Origin: Pseudogymnoascus verrucosus
Taxonomy: Eukaryota
Strand: one strand, 5' to 3'
NCBI GenBank assembly: GCA_001662655.1
Contig: KV460229.1
Length of the DNA: 64,000 nt
Positions 13,173-25,663 of the stretch are shown one piece after another. The translations under genes were made by a program, and so were the position numbers. Each line of letters opens with the position of its first letter. Within the stretch, counting starts at the first letter, position 1. Under the pieces are notes generated by a model. The model worked only from the letters and a program-made list of their open reading frames with translations. It did not search any database and had not been told where the DNA came from.

Positions 13173-14335
13173 TCTCGTTGCAGGTGCATAGGAGCAGACA
13201 GGCACAGTTTCTCTTGGACGTGGGTGTGTTTGTCTTGAACAGAAGTCTCCAGCGGAAGGGCAGTGAGGCACAGCTTGTCTCTAGCAGAAGATCCAGCTTA
13301 TCTTGAGCGGCAGTTGCTTTATGCAGCCGTGATATTGACTTGGGAAGCAGAGAGTAAATCGTAGTTATCGGAGGAAGAGAGTGGCGGCCTCCAATCTCAA
13401 CACGACCCTTGGTGATCTGGAACCTGCGCTACCCGGTGGACGCAGGTTTATTTGAGTAAATGAAGCTACAGTGTCCGTCTCTGTCGTGCTCAGCCCTGTC
13501 CCTTCCGTGACCCCTCAGTCCCTATTTCCCTCTTTTGTTTGTGTTTTGTTGATATGGACAGGACCCCAGAGGGCGCTGGTTGTTTTGTCGAGTCACCGTC
13601 AGCGGGGCAGATGTCGGGACGGCGAGCAATCCGACGCCTGTTTATCGCCAGTGAGCAGCAGGTGATCTGTGTGCAACAAACGGAAAAAAAATAAATCCAG
13701 TAAAATTCAGACAAATTTAGTTTAATTGCTACATAAATTCTAATTTATCTACAGCATCAGCACAAACAATCATGCTATATTCAATCTTCATAAATTTATT
13801 ATGGACTGTAGCCATTCACTTTCTTCCCGTCCCCGTGACTTCCAGCCACTGATTCGTACAATCGATGACGGCGTTGGGTATAAATGATCTTGCTTAGTCA
13901 TGCTAATTTGCTTAGTCATCTCAGGCTAGAGAAGTGCAGAGAGCAGCCCAGCCCTTCTACGGTGACCGAATCAGCCAATAATGCACAAATCATAGAGTGC
14001 CAGTACAGGATACCATTGATTCGGGCTGAACTAAGAAATAATCCCCAGCTTCACGTCGACGACAACTTCATCTCCTAACTATCGCCAACCAACACGCCGA
14101 CACTGTGGAGACTGTCAACATTCCTTGCTGTCCTCCTTTGTTTAAATATTATCTGCGCTGTCATTCCACAGCAGGATAATTCACGGCTGAATCGCTGCCT
14201 GTTCTACAAAGTTCCCACCACCAAAACCCACTTCGATCTTCTAGTCGCGCCTATTGCTTGCGCGCCTGGAAATCTACAAACATCCAGGCCGCCTCGACAT
14301 TCCGAGACGGTTTGGAAGACTTCCCCCACGCCGGC

Positions 14336-17195
14336 ATGATGAACAGCCGTCATCTGCCGGCAGGGCAGGGGATGCATCATGACAACAGACGCCGACAATA
14401 CAACCAGCACGGCCAGCACAACCAGCAGCATTACCCACAACATCAACAGCCGCCACAGCAAATGTATAATGCATACTACAATCAACCATACTATCCACAA
14501 CAGCCTCCGCCTCCCCAGTACTACAACACCGGCATGCCTCCGAACCAGTACAACCCATATGCAGTATATCGAGGGTCGCCGTCCATGCCGTACCAGCAAT
14601 ACCAGGTCCCACCTGTCGTGTCGACCCCCTCATATCCACACCCCCTTCAGCCGCCTGCGGTAGTCACAACACCATACCAACCTCATGTGCCGACAACACC
14701 TTCATCTACGCGTTCTTCATATATAGCTCCTGCGACAATCCCAGCTCCAGCCGTGCCTCCGCCAGTGGCTGAAGTTGTCGTCCCTGCTCAACTACCTCCA
14801 ACTTTTATTCCGCAACTCAGCGCACCTCTGACTCCACCTCCACCTGTTCAAGAAGCTCCTCAGTTCCCCGCAGAAATACCAGACGAGGAAGTATCTGAGA
14901 CTCGGATCCCATACTGGCCACAAGTAAGTAACCCGTATCTGACTCACAAAGACACGTTCTGACTTTACTAGCTCCCTTGGTACTCTAGACCCGACTTGTC
15001 ATGGCCAGCGAGGTCAACGAAACAAAAGAAACGGAAGGCAGTGCCCAAGCAATCGACGTTGGTCGAGCAAAAGGATGTCCAACAACCCGGCCAAGGTGAC
15101 TCGATGGTCTCAAACACCGTTGACGCTACTGAAGCTTCCGTGCCTCGCCCCGAGACTCCATCCACAACACAAGCTCCCTCCGAACACGCTCCATCGACAA
15201 ATCCCACAACTCCATCTTCTGCCCAGGCAACTCTACAACCTGCGGTCAGCTCTGCAAAATCTGCTCATCGCAGCGTGCCTCCTCCAATTATGCCTGCACT
15301 CCCAAGAGTTCTGGCCAAACAATCACCAATTTCTGCGGAGGCTAAGTCGGATTCGCCCAAGGGGCCATCCCAAGATAAGAAGCCCGAGTCTGAGGTAGTT
15401 GCCAATGGACCAGATGCTGAAGCGCCGCAAGCGGAGGCTGAGGCTGCCACGGCTGAGCCAACTCCAGCACCTTCAGGGCCGAAATCCTGGGCCAACCTTT
15501 TCAAGGGTCCTACCCAAGCTGCACGCCTTGATACTGGCGTGTCAGGTTCTTCTACGACTGCTGCAGGTTTTGCGAAGTCGAACAACGAGTCGTTGGCTGA
15601 TGCCCTCGTTTCTTTCAATGCCAATATTCACAGCGGCAAAATCTCTTTCCTCGAGCCGAGAGGCCTTGTTAATACCGGCAATATGTGTTATATGAACTCT
15701 GTAAGTCTTGACTACTATACACAAATGATCCACCTCTAATGACTCCCAGGTACTTCAAGTTTTAGTCTTCTGTGTACCTTTTTACGAGCTTCTTGATCAA
15801 GTTGGCAAAAGGGCGGCGCATAGTTTTAAAAGCGATACCCCATTAATCGACGCTATGTAAGGTTCCATTCCCGCACGCATTGAACAGCTCCTAACATTTC
15901 ACAGGATTATGTTCATGCGCGAATTCCCTATTATCGATTCGGCTGTGTCTGTGGAGAAGCTTAGAATGAGGTTGAAAGATAATGAGTTGGAAAAGTATGG
16001 GGATGCATTTACACCGGATTTTGTTTATGAGGTTATCAGGACCTTGCCGCGATTTGCATCAATGAGGGTATGTCCACTTTTCCATGAATGTGTACTTCCC
16101 CGACTAACTCTGTTACAGCGCGGGCATCAGCAGGACGCAGAGGAGTTTTTGGGGTTTTTGCTTGAAGGTCTTCACGATGAGTGCGTACAGGTTATGCAGT
16201 CTACCAGTTCCATCGATGGGTCACCAAACGTGCCTTCATCGCCCGCTGTGAGCCAGGCTGGGTCAGTTTCTGGAGAAGGCGCAAACGGATGGCTCGAGGT
16301 TGGTCCGAAGCAAAAGGCTGCCATCACCAGATCCTCCGGTACAAGACTTGACTCGCCAATTACAAAGATATTCGGCGGCACCCTTCGCTCGGTGCTCCGT
16401 GTTCCTGGTCTTAAGGACTCTGTCACGATGGAGCCATACCAACCCCTCCAGCTCGACATCCACCTCCCATCCGTGCACAACATCATCGACGCCCTGAAAG
16501 GTCTAACGAAGCCAGAGACCATAACCGGAGACTTCAAGTCCCCCCGCGGCTCCAACGTCACGGCCACAAAACAACTCTCGATCGAAACGCTCCCGCCAAT
16601 GCTCATCCTGCACCTCAAGCGCTTCCAGTATGACAACAGCGGCGGCACGCAGAAGATCTGGAAGAAGGTTGGCTACCCCCTCGAGCTCGAGATCCCCAAG
16701 GAGGTTTTTGCGCGCCAGAAGCAGGGTGGTATCCTCAACCACGGTGGTCTGCCCCGTTACCGCTTGACGGCCGTTGTGTACCACCATGGCAAGAACGCGA
16801 GCGGTGGCCACTATACGGTGGATGTGCGGCGCCAGGACGGGCGCGAGTGGGTTCGTCTCGACGATACGGTGATCCGTCGCGTCAAGTCGGAGGATGTGGC
16901 TGAGGGTGGCAGCGAGGAGGACCCCAAGGTCCTGGCTGCGGCTCTGGAGGCGCACAACCGGGACACGATCCCTACCGCTAACATCTTTGCGGGGATGAAG
17001 ATGGATGATGAGGATGGAGAGGCGAGCGAGTGGAAGCAGGTTAATGGGGAGAAGGTGAACGGGGCGGGGAAGAAGTGGGCGAGTGTTGCGAATGGGGTTG
17101 CGGCTGCGCCGGCGGGGAAGAAGGCCGCGGCGGAGAAGTTTGGGATTAAGGATAATAAGGTGGCGTATCTGTTGTTCTACCAGAGGATCGAATGA
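14336..17195 (+). CDS. UBP3: Ubiquitin carboxyl-terminal hydrolase, Ubp3/USP10 family, 5 exons
   Basis: Q/P-rich N-terminus, PKSWANLF motif, Cys box PRGLVNTGNMCYMNS, QQDAEEFL, WLEVG, SPITKIFGG, His box YHHGKNASGGHY, AYLLFY. Confidence 0.9.
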
Positions 17196-18732
17196 GGGGG
17201 GACGATTTAGGTGAGCGAGCAGGCGCAGTGGTTTGGGAGAGGATTTGGGTGTGAGAGGGGGGGGATGCGACCAGGAGTGGATGCGATCAGGAGAGGATGT
17301 GAGGATTTAGCGGATGCGAGGATTTGGATGTACTGTAAGCGGGGGCAGCGAGAGGAGCCTCGTTTGGGCTGGGAGAGGTGGAGTGGTGCAGGTGGGGGAG
17401 AGGAGGCGAAGTCGCGCATGTGTGGTGGTTGTTGGGCGGCTTCAATGTATACTACTATACTGGTGTGTTTAGTCGTGTCGAAAGTGTTCGGCATAATCGA
17501 AGATCAAGCGCCCGCGCGAATATTACCAGATCTATGCTCATCGAGCAATGTGATAATGTTAAGACGGGTGGGTATATAGGTCTGAACTAATTATGAGGGA
17601 ATCACGTACATGGGTGCAGAATGAGAAGTTCTTGGCATCATTCTACGTGAATTTCAAAACCACCATATTGCTGGACTCGTATGCAGCATCCCTATCTCAG
17701 CTCGAAGGGTTCCTTGACATCTACAATCATCGTGAATACTCATACAACATGGGTCTCCCATTCGTAACCTCCAACTTCAAGAACACTACCGCCCCGCACT
17801 CCGCCAAGTAATCACATAGCTCTAGTTCTTCGAGCTAACAGCTGTCGTCCTGCTCGCCATCAGTTTTGCGTTTCTTCTACTCGCGGGTTTTGGGAGGGAA
17901 GCGGTCTCGGATGGGGTGGGTGAGTATGTGGATGGCGATGCGGAGGATGAGGGGTGGAGGATGAGGGGGGTGTGGGTGCTGGTGGTGGTTATGCGGGTGT
18001 TCTAGTGGCTTGTGGGGGGAGGGGAGAAGGCTGACTTTGGAGTAATGGTTTTGGGATGTGTGGATGCGTGTGTGGAGAAGAGGGGGGAAAGGTTTAAGGG
18101 GTAGCGACTGTTCTCGAAGGAGGTGGGGATGGGATGAGGGAGTCTCTGAGTGCCTAATACAATTATGCGGCTACCGCTCATCATGGGCATACGCAACCAG
18201 CAAGGCACAGTACAGTTCGAACATTAAAGCCCCTCCATTCCCACGTCCCCTTCTCTATCCTACTATCCCCACTAATTCCCTCATAAACCAACCCCCCTTT
18301 AATCACGCAAAAACCACGATAAAACTGGAGATAATCCAAAAATAAAAAATAAAAAACAAAAACAGTATACCCGCATAGACACAGGACACAAAACCCAAGA
18401 CCCATCAAGGCTTCCCAAGCAGGCCACATCATTCATATACACATTCCACCCCCCAAAACCTGACTCCGAAACGCCCCGCGCCAGCCCGGCCCCCTACGGA
18501 ATAAAGTAGGTTATGTGTAGTTAGTTGGTTGAGATATAGGTAGATGAACAGGGCAGGGGAGGGCGCGGTACCGCGACACAGCCGCAACGAAGAGAAAAAC
18601 AGTAGAAAAGCAGCGGAAATTCAAATAGAGGCGCATAAGCAGAACAAGAGTATTTTCATCAATAGACCTTCAAAGAGGACTCCCCGGCGCGAAACAAATA
18701 AACAGGCAGACAGGCGGAAAGCAGACAGGTGT

Positions 18733-19917
18733 CTACTTCCGGATGATAGCCTCGTAGATCGTCGCCAACGCGCCTACGGCGCAGCCGCCGACAATGCCCT
18801 CCCATCCTCCAGCTGCCGCAGAGCGAATGCGCGCGACGGACTCGAGATCAACAAGGCCGCAGAAGGTGGCGCCGCGGGAAAATACAGCGTAGGTAATAAT
18901 CGCCTTGGCAACATTGAAAGTGAGCGGGTCGAACTGGTACTCGAACCTTTGTGCGCCGCGGGAGCGGGGGCGAGCGGTAAGGTTGAAGAAGTACGCGAAC
19001 GCCAACGGGACAACGAGCGCAGTCGCCAGCCAGAGGGTGAATGGCTGCCAGAAGCTCGAAGTGAGGAGGAGGAACAAATCCGGTAGCGAGACTGGGTAGG
19101 GGTTCTTGCTCAGCATCGGCAGGGCGGGGATGGAGAACGCGTAGCGGTCTGGCAGGATCTCGGAGCGGAGGTTCGCGGCTTCGAAGAAGAGGATTATCGT
19201 CTCGATGCTGAGGAGGCTCGAGAGCGACTCGCGCGCGGACTCGACGGCTTCGGTGGCGCCGGTGGAGGAGGCGACTTCAACAATTTGGGAGCGGATGGCT
19301 GCGGTGCGGCGCTCGAGGACGTCGGCGACGACGGAGGGGGAGGGGGGGAGCGGGACGGATTGCGCGAGGGAGAGGGCGCGCGCGGGCGTGCGGACTAAGG
19401 CAGAGCGCGCGCGGGTGGTTGCGGGCTCGACGTCGGAGTCGTCACTGTGAGGGGGGAATGTCAGCCTTGTTTATCGTGGTTGGTGGTTTGGAGGGGTGCG
19501 ACGCGTCGGGGAGGGGGGTTCTTACACCGAGTTTGAGAGTTCGTCAGCAGCCTTTGTGGCGCGTCGCTTGGTGACTCTGACGATCTTCTCTGCGTCGGCT
19601 GCGATTTCTCTCTTGACGGGGGAGAGCTCGTTGGTCGAGCGGCGTTTGTAGAAGGGCGCGACGCGCGCGTCTGTGGACATCTCTGGGTGTTGGCTTAGAA
19701 ACGAGTCGATCAAGAGCTCGAGATCCGCCTTCTTCTGGCCGCTCGGGCTGGTGGTTCGCGTCAGTACGTTCTATATGATAGTTGTAATATGGATATATTT
19801 TGCGCGCGCGCGACGGCGCTGGCGCAGCGGGGGGGAAGCGCACCTCAGGTCAAGGTCTGATGCGAGCTCCTCGAGCTGCGCCTTGCGCATTTTCTGGAGG
19901 AAACTGGACGACGACAT
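18733..19917 (-). CDS. Conserved fungal membrane protein, probably Gtt3-like (short helical N-domain, C-terminal TM helices), 3 exons
   Basis: MSSSSFLQKMRKAQLEELA...KKADLELLIDSFL; C-terminal FWQPFTLW, YFFNL, DPLTFNVAKA, LATIYEAI; introns ~19739-19843 and ~19446-19525. Confidence 0.6.
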
Positions 19918-20510
19918 GGTAGCGACGGGTATGCTTGTGGTCGCGAAGATGAGGCGATTGCGATGCAAGTATTGGCGGCAGTTTTTTATGGAGTTGGTGG
20001 TTGAGGGAGGGAGGTACGTGCGGGTTGCAATAGTATGATGATTATGTGTGTTGTTGATAAATGCGGATGGCTGGGGTGCGCCGATTGTTGTCATAACAAT
20101 GGCGTTTTAGCGCCAGATTGCAACGGCGAGAGAAGAGCCACGTGACTCTGACGTATGATGATGTCTGGAAGGGCTGATCGGGGAGAACTTAGTCTTCAGA
20201 AGGTTAAGTTTGTAAATTAATATTTTGCAAAAGCAAATTGATTGTATACTAGTATGGTAATACTGTGATTAGCCGCGTTTGTTTCAATTCCATTGTTTTG
20301 CTCCATTGTTAGGAATTTAATTGTTCCACCATTATTTTCTTATTTATCATAACAATAAATTAATTCTACGCACGTTGCAAAATATATTCAAAGTAGTGTT
20401 TTAATATTCGTATTTATTTCCATCATTCATCATTTATGTATATAGCAATCTAAACCTATGCTATACTTCCATCGCATAGAAGAAGAACCCCACGTAGTCC
20501 ACGAGATAGC

Positions 20511-22603
20511 TTACTCAATATACCGAATAAACCGCTCCTCCCCCTTCTTCACCAGCCTCGCCGGGATATAAGTCTGACCAAAATTCAACTTCAACGTAAT
20601 CATCGAAGACGCCGTCCTAATGACCTCCCTCGCCTTCTTCGTCGCCTTCGCATAAACCTCCAGCTTCTCCGGCACGCTCATGTTAGCCACCTCCTCATCG
20701 CTCGCCCACTCATCAACCGCGAGTTCGATAGAGTACTGTTGGAAGATGACAGCCAACACGGCGATCAACTCGACCTGCGCCAGGCGGCGCCCGAGACACG
20801 ACCGCGGTCCATCGGAGAAGGGCAGGAAAGAGCCGCGCGTGGGGCGGAAGAGCTGCGCAGACGATGTTTTGCCCGTGAAGCCTCCAAAATCCTCCTCTTC
20901 CGAGTCCTCTTCAATATGGGTTGAGGCATCTTCTTTGAGCCATCTCTCCGGGATGAAATCATCCAAGTCATCCGACTTACCACTTACCTTTGACACGCCC
21001 TTGCTAGGCCAGCATTTCGGGTGGCGATGGGCGCCGACGACGTTGAAGTTGATGTAGAGTCCCTTGGGCAACGTGTGTTTCTGCCCATCCACCACAATCA
21101 CTTGGTCCTGATTGGCACTGGCCATCTTCGGGATGTTGGTGACCGGCGGCATCAGGCGCAGCATCTCGTTCATGGTGGCGCCCACCATACCGCCGAGCAA
21201 GTTATTAACGCTGTAAGCGTAGTCCCATGTCTTCGGATCCGAGTCGCCGAAGATGGTGCAGACTTCCTTCTGGAGGTTGCGCTGCGAGCTCGGGGCCATG
21301 GCGAGTTCCATTAGGGAGAAGTGGATGGTGTTGGCGGTGGTCTCGTGGCCGGCGAGGAGCATGACGAAGGAGTTGCCGATGATGTTCTCGTCGGTGAGGC
21401 CTCGCTTGCCCTTGTTAGATTCCAATTGGCCTGGCGACTTCTTTTGGTCGGGTCGGTCTGCGTCGGTCGCGCTCTTGACTAATGCGCCCATGATATCCAT
21501 GCCCAGCGTCTTCTCGCCTGCGAGCTCAGCTTCCACTTTCTTCTCGAGGAGTTCCTCCATGTACAGCTTCCAGTTCTTGTATGATTCCCAAGCCCGCTTT
21601 GCCCTCTTCATTGGCGCGATTTCTACGGCTGTCAGTTACAATCTCTCGGATGGACGAGGGAAACTTACTCAAAAGCCACCTCGGTGTCAACATTAGAACG
21701 AATATGTCATCCAGAACAGTAGATAGCGCCTTCTCAAAGCTCATCGTGTGCTCCCCCAAAGGCTTATCACCCATATGAATCAGCCCCGAGTCCTTGTCTC
21801 CGGTGCTGAACTCATCTCCCGGCCACAACAACCTAACACCGAACCCCATAGCGCTGATAATGTGCAACGCCACGCGCATACAATCAGCCGGGACATCGTT
21901 CAGCGTACGACTACTCTTTTCTTCGCCGTCCATCCACTTCCTGATCATGCCTTGTGCCTGCGCGACGGACTCCGTGAAGACAAGCGAGTTGTTCGTCTCG
22001 TTGAATCCGGGCGCTGTGGCCTTGCGGTGCATGCGCCACTCTGGGCCCTCGGTGGTGACGACGTTGCGACCGTAGATGTCAAGGACCTTATAGTCCTTGA
22101 TGGGCTTGGGGAAGCCGACCTGGCGCGTAGTTATCTGGTGGATGACACTGGGATCGGCGGTCCACATCATGTTGGTGACGGGCGAGACGGTGATGAAGGT
22201 GTCCGTGCCCAGCTCACGATGGGCATCATACAGTTCATTCCACGACCAGTCTGGGGAAAGGAATCTACGCCGGGAGTCAGCTACCGAGGGTGTTTATCAT
22301 AACGTGGGCAGCAGCATACTTGGACCAGCTCTTGTGCCAGCTGTCCGGCCATGTCTTGTTGATCAGTTTTAACCATAATTTACCACTTATTATCCAAAAC
22401 AGAGTGATAGGGTAGACAGCTGGGCCACACTATTGTCAGCTTGGCTTAGTCGCAGTCGGTGAGAAGGGACTAGACATACGTTGAATGACATATGGCAGAC
22501 CAGTGCTCTTTGCATCCTTTAGATTACGGCGGAAGCGTGTGAATTTTGAGAAAGCCCAGTAAAGGGGCAGCGCAGCTACCACCATCACCAGGAGGGAGAC
22601 CAT
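20511..22603 (-). CDS. Cytochrome P450, 4 exons
   Basis: N-terminal membrane anchor, WRMHR, AGHETT, ExxR (EMLR), PERW, heme motif FSDGPRSCLG. Confidence 0.92.
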
Positions 22604-24162
22604 GGCGGCGTTCTTCGGCGACAAAGCCGTTTGTTCAGTTTGGTCTGGTCTGGAGGCACGGGTCCTGGCGGGACCAGGGAGCTTTAGTTGCAGTCGCTCG
22701 GGAAGTGGGGCGCGCCGTTCGCTCGGTGATCGTGGATCGAAGTAAATTCTCCGAGGTTCTTGGGATGGGATATGTGCAGGGAGGGAGGCAGATAGAGAGG
22801 GAGTAAGACGGAGAGGGAAAGGGGATGATAGAGAGTCAAGATGAAGATGAAACCTCTGCGTCCACTATGGATCGAGGAATTGGAAATGTGAGCTTGGACA
22901 CCGCATAATGACGGGGGGATATCTCTCCATTGATAAAGAATAACTAGACGCGGGGCCTAGGGCCGGGAGGTAGGTTAGTAGGGAGGGTAGGAGGGGAGTC
23001 GGTCGAGGTGCGTTCGCACTAGGAGTTGCGTATCTCACACTACATCGGCAAGAGGTCGTTCCGAAGCAATTTTCGGTGGAAGCGAGGTGGGAGGTCTCAC
23101 TGTGGGTGGGGGTTTATTGGCCATAAACGAAGAAGGAAAAAACGGAGTAAGTCATGGGTACCATGAAACGTGTCGATCTCGTGGTTTTGGATGTTCTGGA
23201 TGTACCTAGTACCTGTGTTAGCATGTTTTAACAGAGATCGTTGGCTTCTAAGATTACTGCGAAGAGTAGAAGAGCCACAAGTACTCTAAGATGCTCCTAG
23301 CCCGTCTGAAATATTGTATGTCTGCAGCATCTTCTGCTGTAGTCATATGCAGCATCCCTACCTCTGCTCGAACAGGTTCCCCAAGTTCCTCAAAGAGTTC
23401 CTTCCATGCCAGTCCTTCCCTACCATGGTGCGGTGGTCCTTTCCTAGTACAGTATCAATTCCTTCCCTACAAGCTTGATATACCGACCTTGGAGTACAGT
23501 AGAGTACAGTAAGTAGTGTGGCTGCTCAGACCCCGAGCCTCCACACAATTCTAGTCCTATACGAGATACGACTGCCGATACCGTTCCAGTGTTATGACAT
23601 CGCTGAGTATGTATCACGGCCGTAGTACCACTCAGCACTTTCTATATAGATATAGAACGGCAATGAGCTTTCGTACCGCACGGAAAATACTGTCCATACT
23701 CTTCATGAATCTGTTCTCTTTTTGCTCATGGCTGACAGCGTCGTCCACGTCAGCGTACTCGGAACATTCTTCTTTTGTTGAAATATTCCCAGGTAACATT
23801 TTAAGCCACGAGCTAGCATGGTGGCTGAAACCAGTAATGGTATCACGTCAGAACGTGGGAACGCAGAAGAGTCTGGGAACACGGTTAGTCAGCTGCTACA
23901 GATTTGTGGCACAAAATGCGTTGGAGCAGTCAAGGAGGGTAACACTTGTGTAATTATATTTGGAGGGTCAATACCGATTTCTCTTATATACATCTCAAAA
24001 AGCGTCAACTAATAACTTTGTGGAACAATCAGCATTTTGTAGGTCGACATAGCCTTAAATCCTTCAAATCCTTCATATGCCAGGGCAAAGTGCCAATAAT
24101 CTTCAGTGGCTGATGCCAAGACATTATATCATGCCTTATATGTAAGGTATAAATGACCAATG

Positions 24163-24196
24163 CACGTGACTACACCAAATTACAAATCACATGACT
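24163..24196. promoter_or_regulatory. E-box-like elements (CACGTGAC, TCACATGAC) upstream of the ribosomal protein gene
   Basis: Motifs lie ~150-180 bp before the eL42 ATG; function is inferred only. Confidence 0.35.
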
Positions 24197-24339
24197 CACA
24201 CTATCGCTTGACCCGATCTCGTTAGACCCGATATTAGCTAATCCCACACAAATCGACAATTCGCGATATTCCTCGTCGAAATTGCTCTCAGCGACGGCAC
24301 GATACTCAGCAACTTCACGACAACCTTGAAATCGCCAAG

Positions 24340-25124
24340 ATGGTACGTGATAAATTCGCCCTGCTCATACCGGTGTATCTCTTCTCTGGATGCTCTGTCC
24401 GACGGCTCTGATGGCTTCGAAACGCATGTTGCGCCGGACGAGAGAAATGGTAGAGGTTCGAGACGAATTGACTCGATGAATCGACACGACGCCCACGGAT
24501 GGCATTCGGCTTGCGAAACATGACAACGAAACGAGGACACTGCGAATCCCTCACCAGACTCTCGTTTCCTCCATCTCCGAAGCCCTCGAGCCATGACGAC
24601 TTGCGAGCATCCAGAGCTCGAGATACAGCGAGCGAGAAATCCCGCCGACCACAAACTAACATTCTCTCCTAGGTCAACATCCCAAAGACCAGACGCACCT
24701 ACTGCAAGGGTAAGGAGTGCAAGAAGCACACCCAGCACAAGGTTACCCAATACAAGGCAGGAAAGGTATATTCACGACCCCTCCATCCATCCCGCACCCG
24801 CGGCGAAAAACCTCCCACCCACCACTAACACTCCTTCTCCCAGGCCTCGCTCTTCGCACAGGGAAAGCGTCGTTACGACAGGAAGCAGTCCGGTTACGGA
24901 GGACAGACCAAGCCCGTTTTCCACAAGAAGGCCAAGACCACCAAGAAGGTTGTGCTTCGTCTCGAGTGCACAAGCTGCAAGACCAAGGCGCAATTGTCGT
25001 TGAAGCGCTGCAAGCACTTCGAGCTGGGGTACGCTCCCCTCCTTCCATTGATGGCGACGAACAATAATACTGACAATTCGACAGTGGTGACAAGAAGACT
25101 AAGGGCCAGGCTTTGGTGTTCTAA
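24340..25124 (+). CDS. RPL42: 60S ribosomal protein eL42 (L44/L36a); exons 24340-24342, 24673-24765, 24844-25028, 25085-25124
   Basis: Spliced product [74 protein letters not shown]...[19 protein letters not shown]. Confidence 0.97.
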
Positions 25125-25663
25125 ATGCTTATTGCTTTTGTGGGCATGGAAGCGTGTCGGTGTTCTTGCATGGGCGGGCGATGGGGCAACTGGACGGAAA
25201 TGTCGCAGCTGGGTCGGACCGCGGCACTTTGAGGCATTGCAAAATCTACTGATTCGCTAATGACTGATGATGCTGATGCCATTGTGTGATGCCTTTGGAT
25301 GTGTGTGCGTGCATGGCTCTGTGAGGCGTGATGAGGGGTGGAGGGCCCGAGATGGCCGGTTCGAAATATCAGCAACAGTCATGTTTTCGGATCCGAACAC
25401 CTGTGTCGACAAGTCATATATATACTGGTATCCGAACTTCCGAAAAGGTATTTTACAGATCTCAATATCTCTCTGCCCTTCTCTACTCCATCTCACCTAC
25501 CCCACCTACCCCTCCCAAGATTTCAGATGATGAACAAATTGGTCCGTGTTACTGAGAGGCCTCAAGAACCTCGTTATGGCGACAACACCAGCACTTCGTG
25601 CACCTCTGATTGAAATCAATCCCCTCTCATTTATCTCCTGTCAACCTCATCTCATCTTTCATT

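Noticed and set aside
17750..18210. Small spliced gene between UBP3 and the Gtt3-like gene
   Set aside because: A CTAACAG acceptor is present but no convincing protein results in any frame
24910..24915. Cycloheximide-resistance allele of eL42
   Set aside because: Residue 56 is Pro (GQTKP), the sensitive type, not Gln
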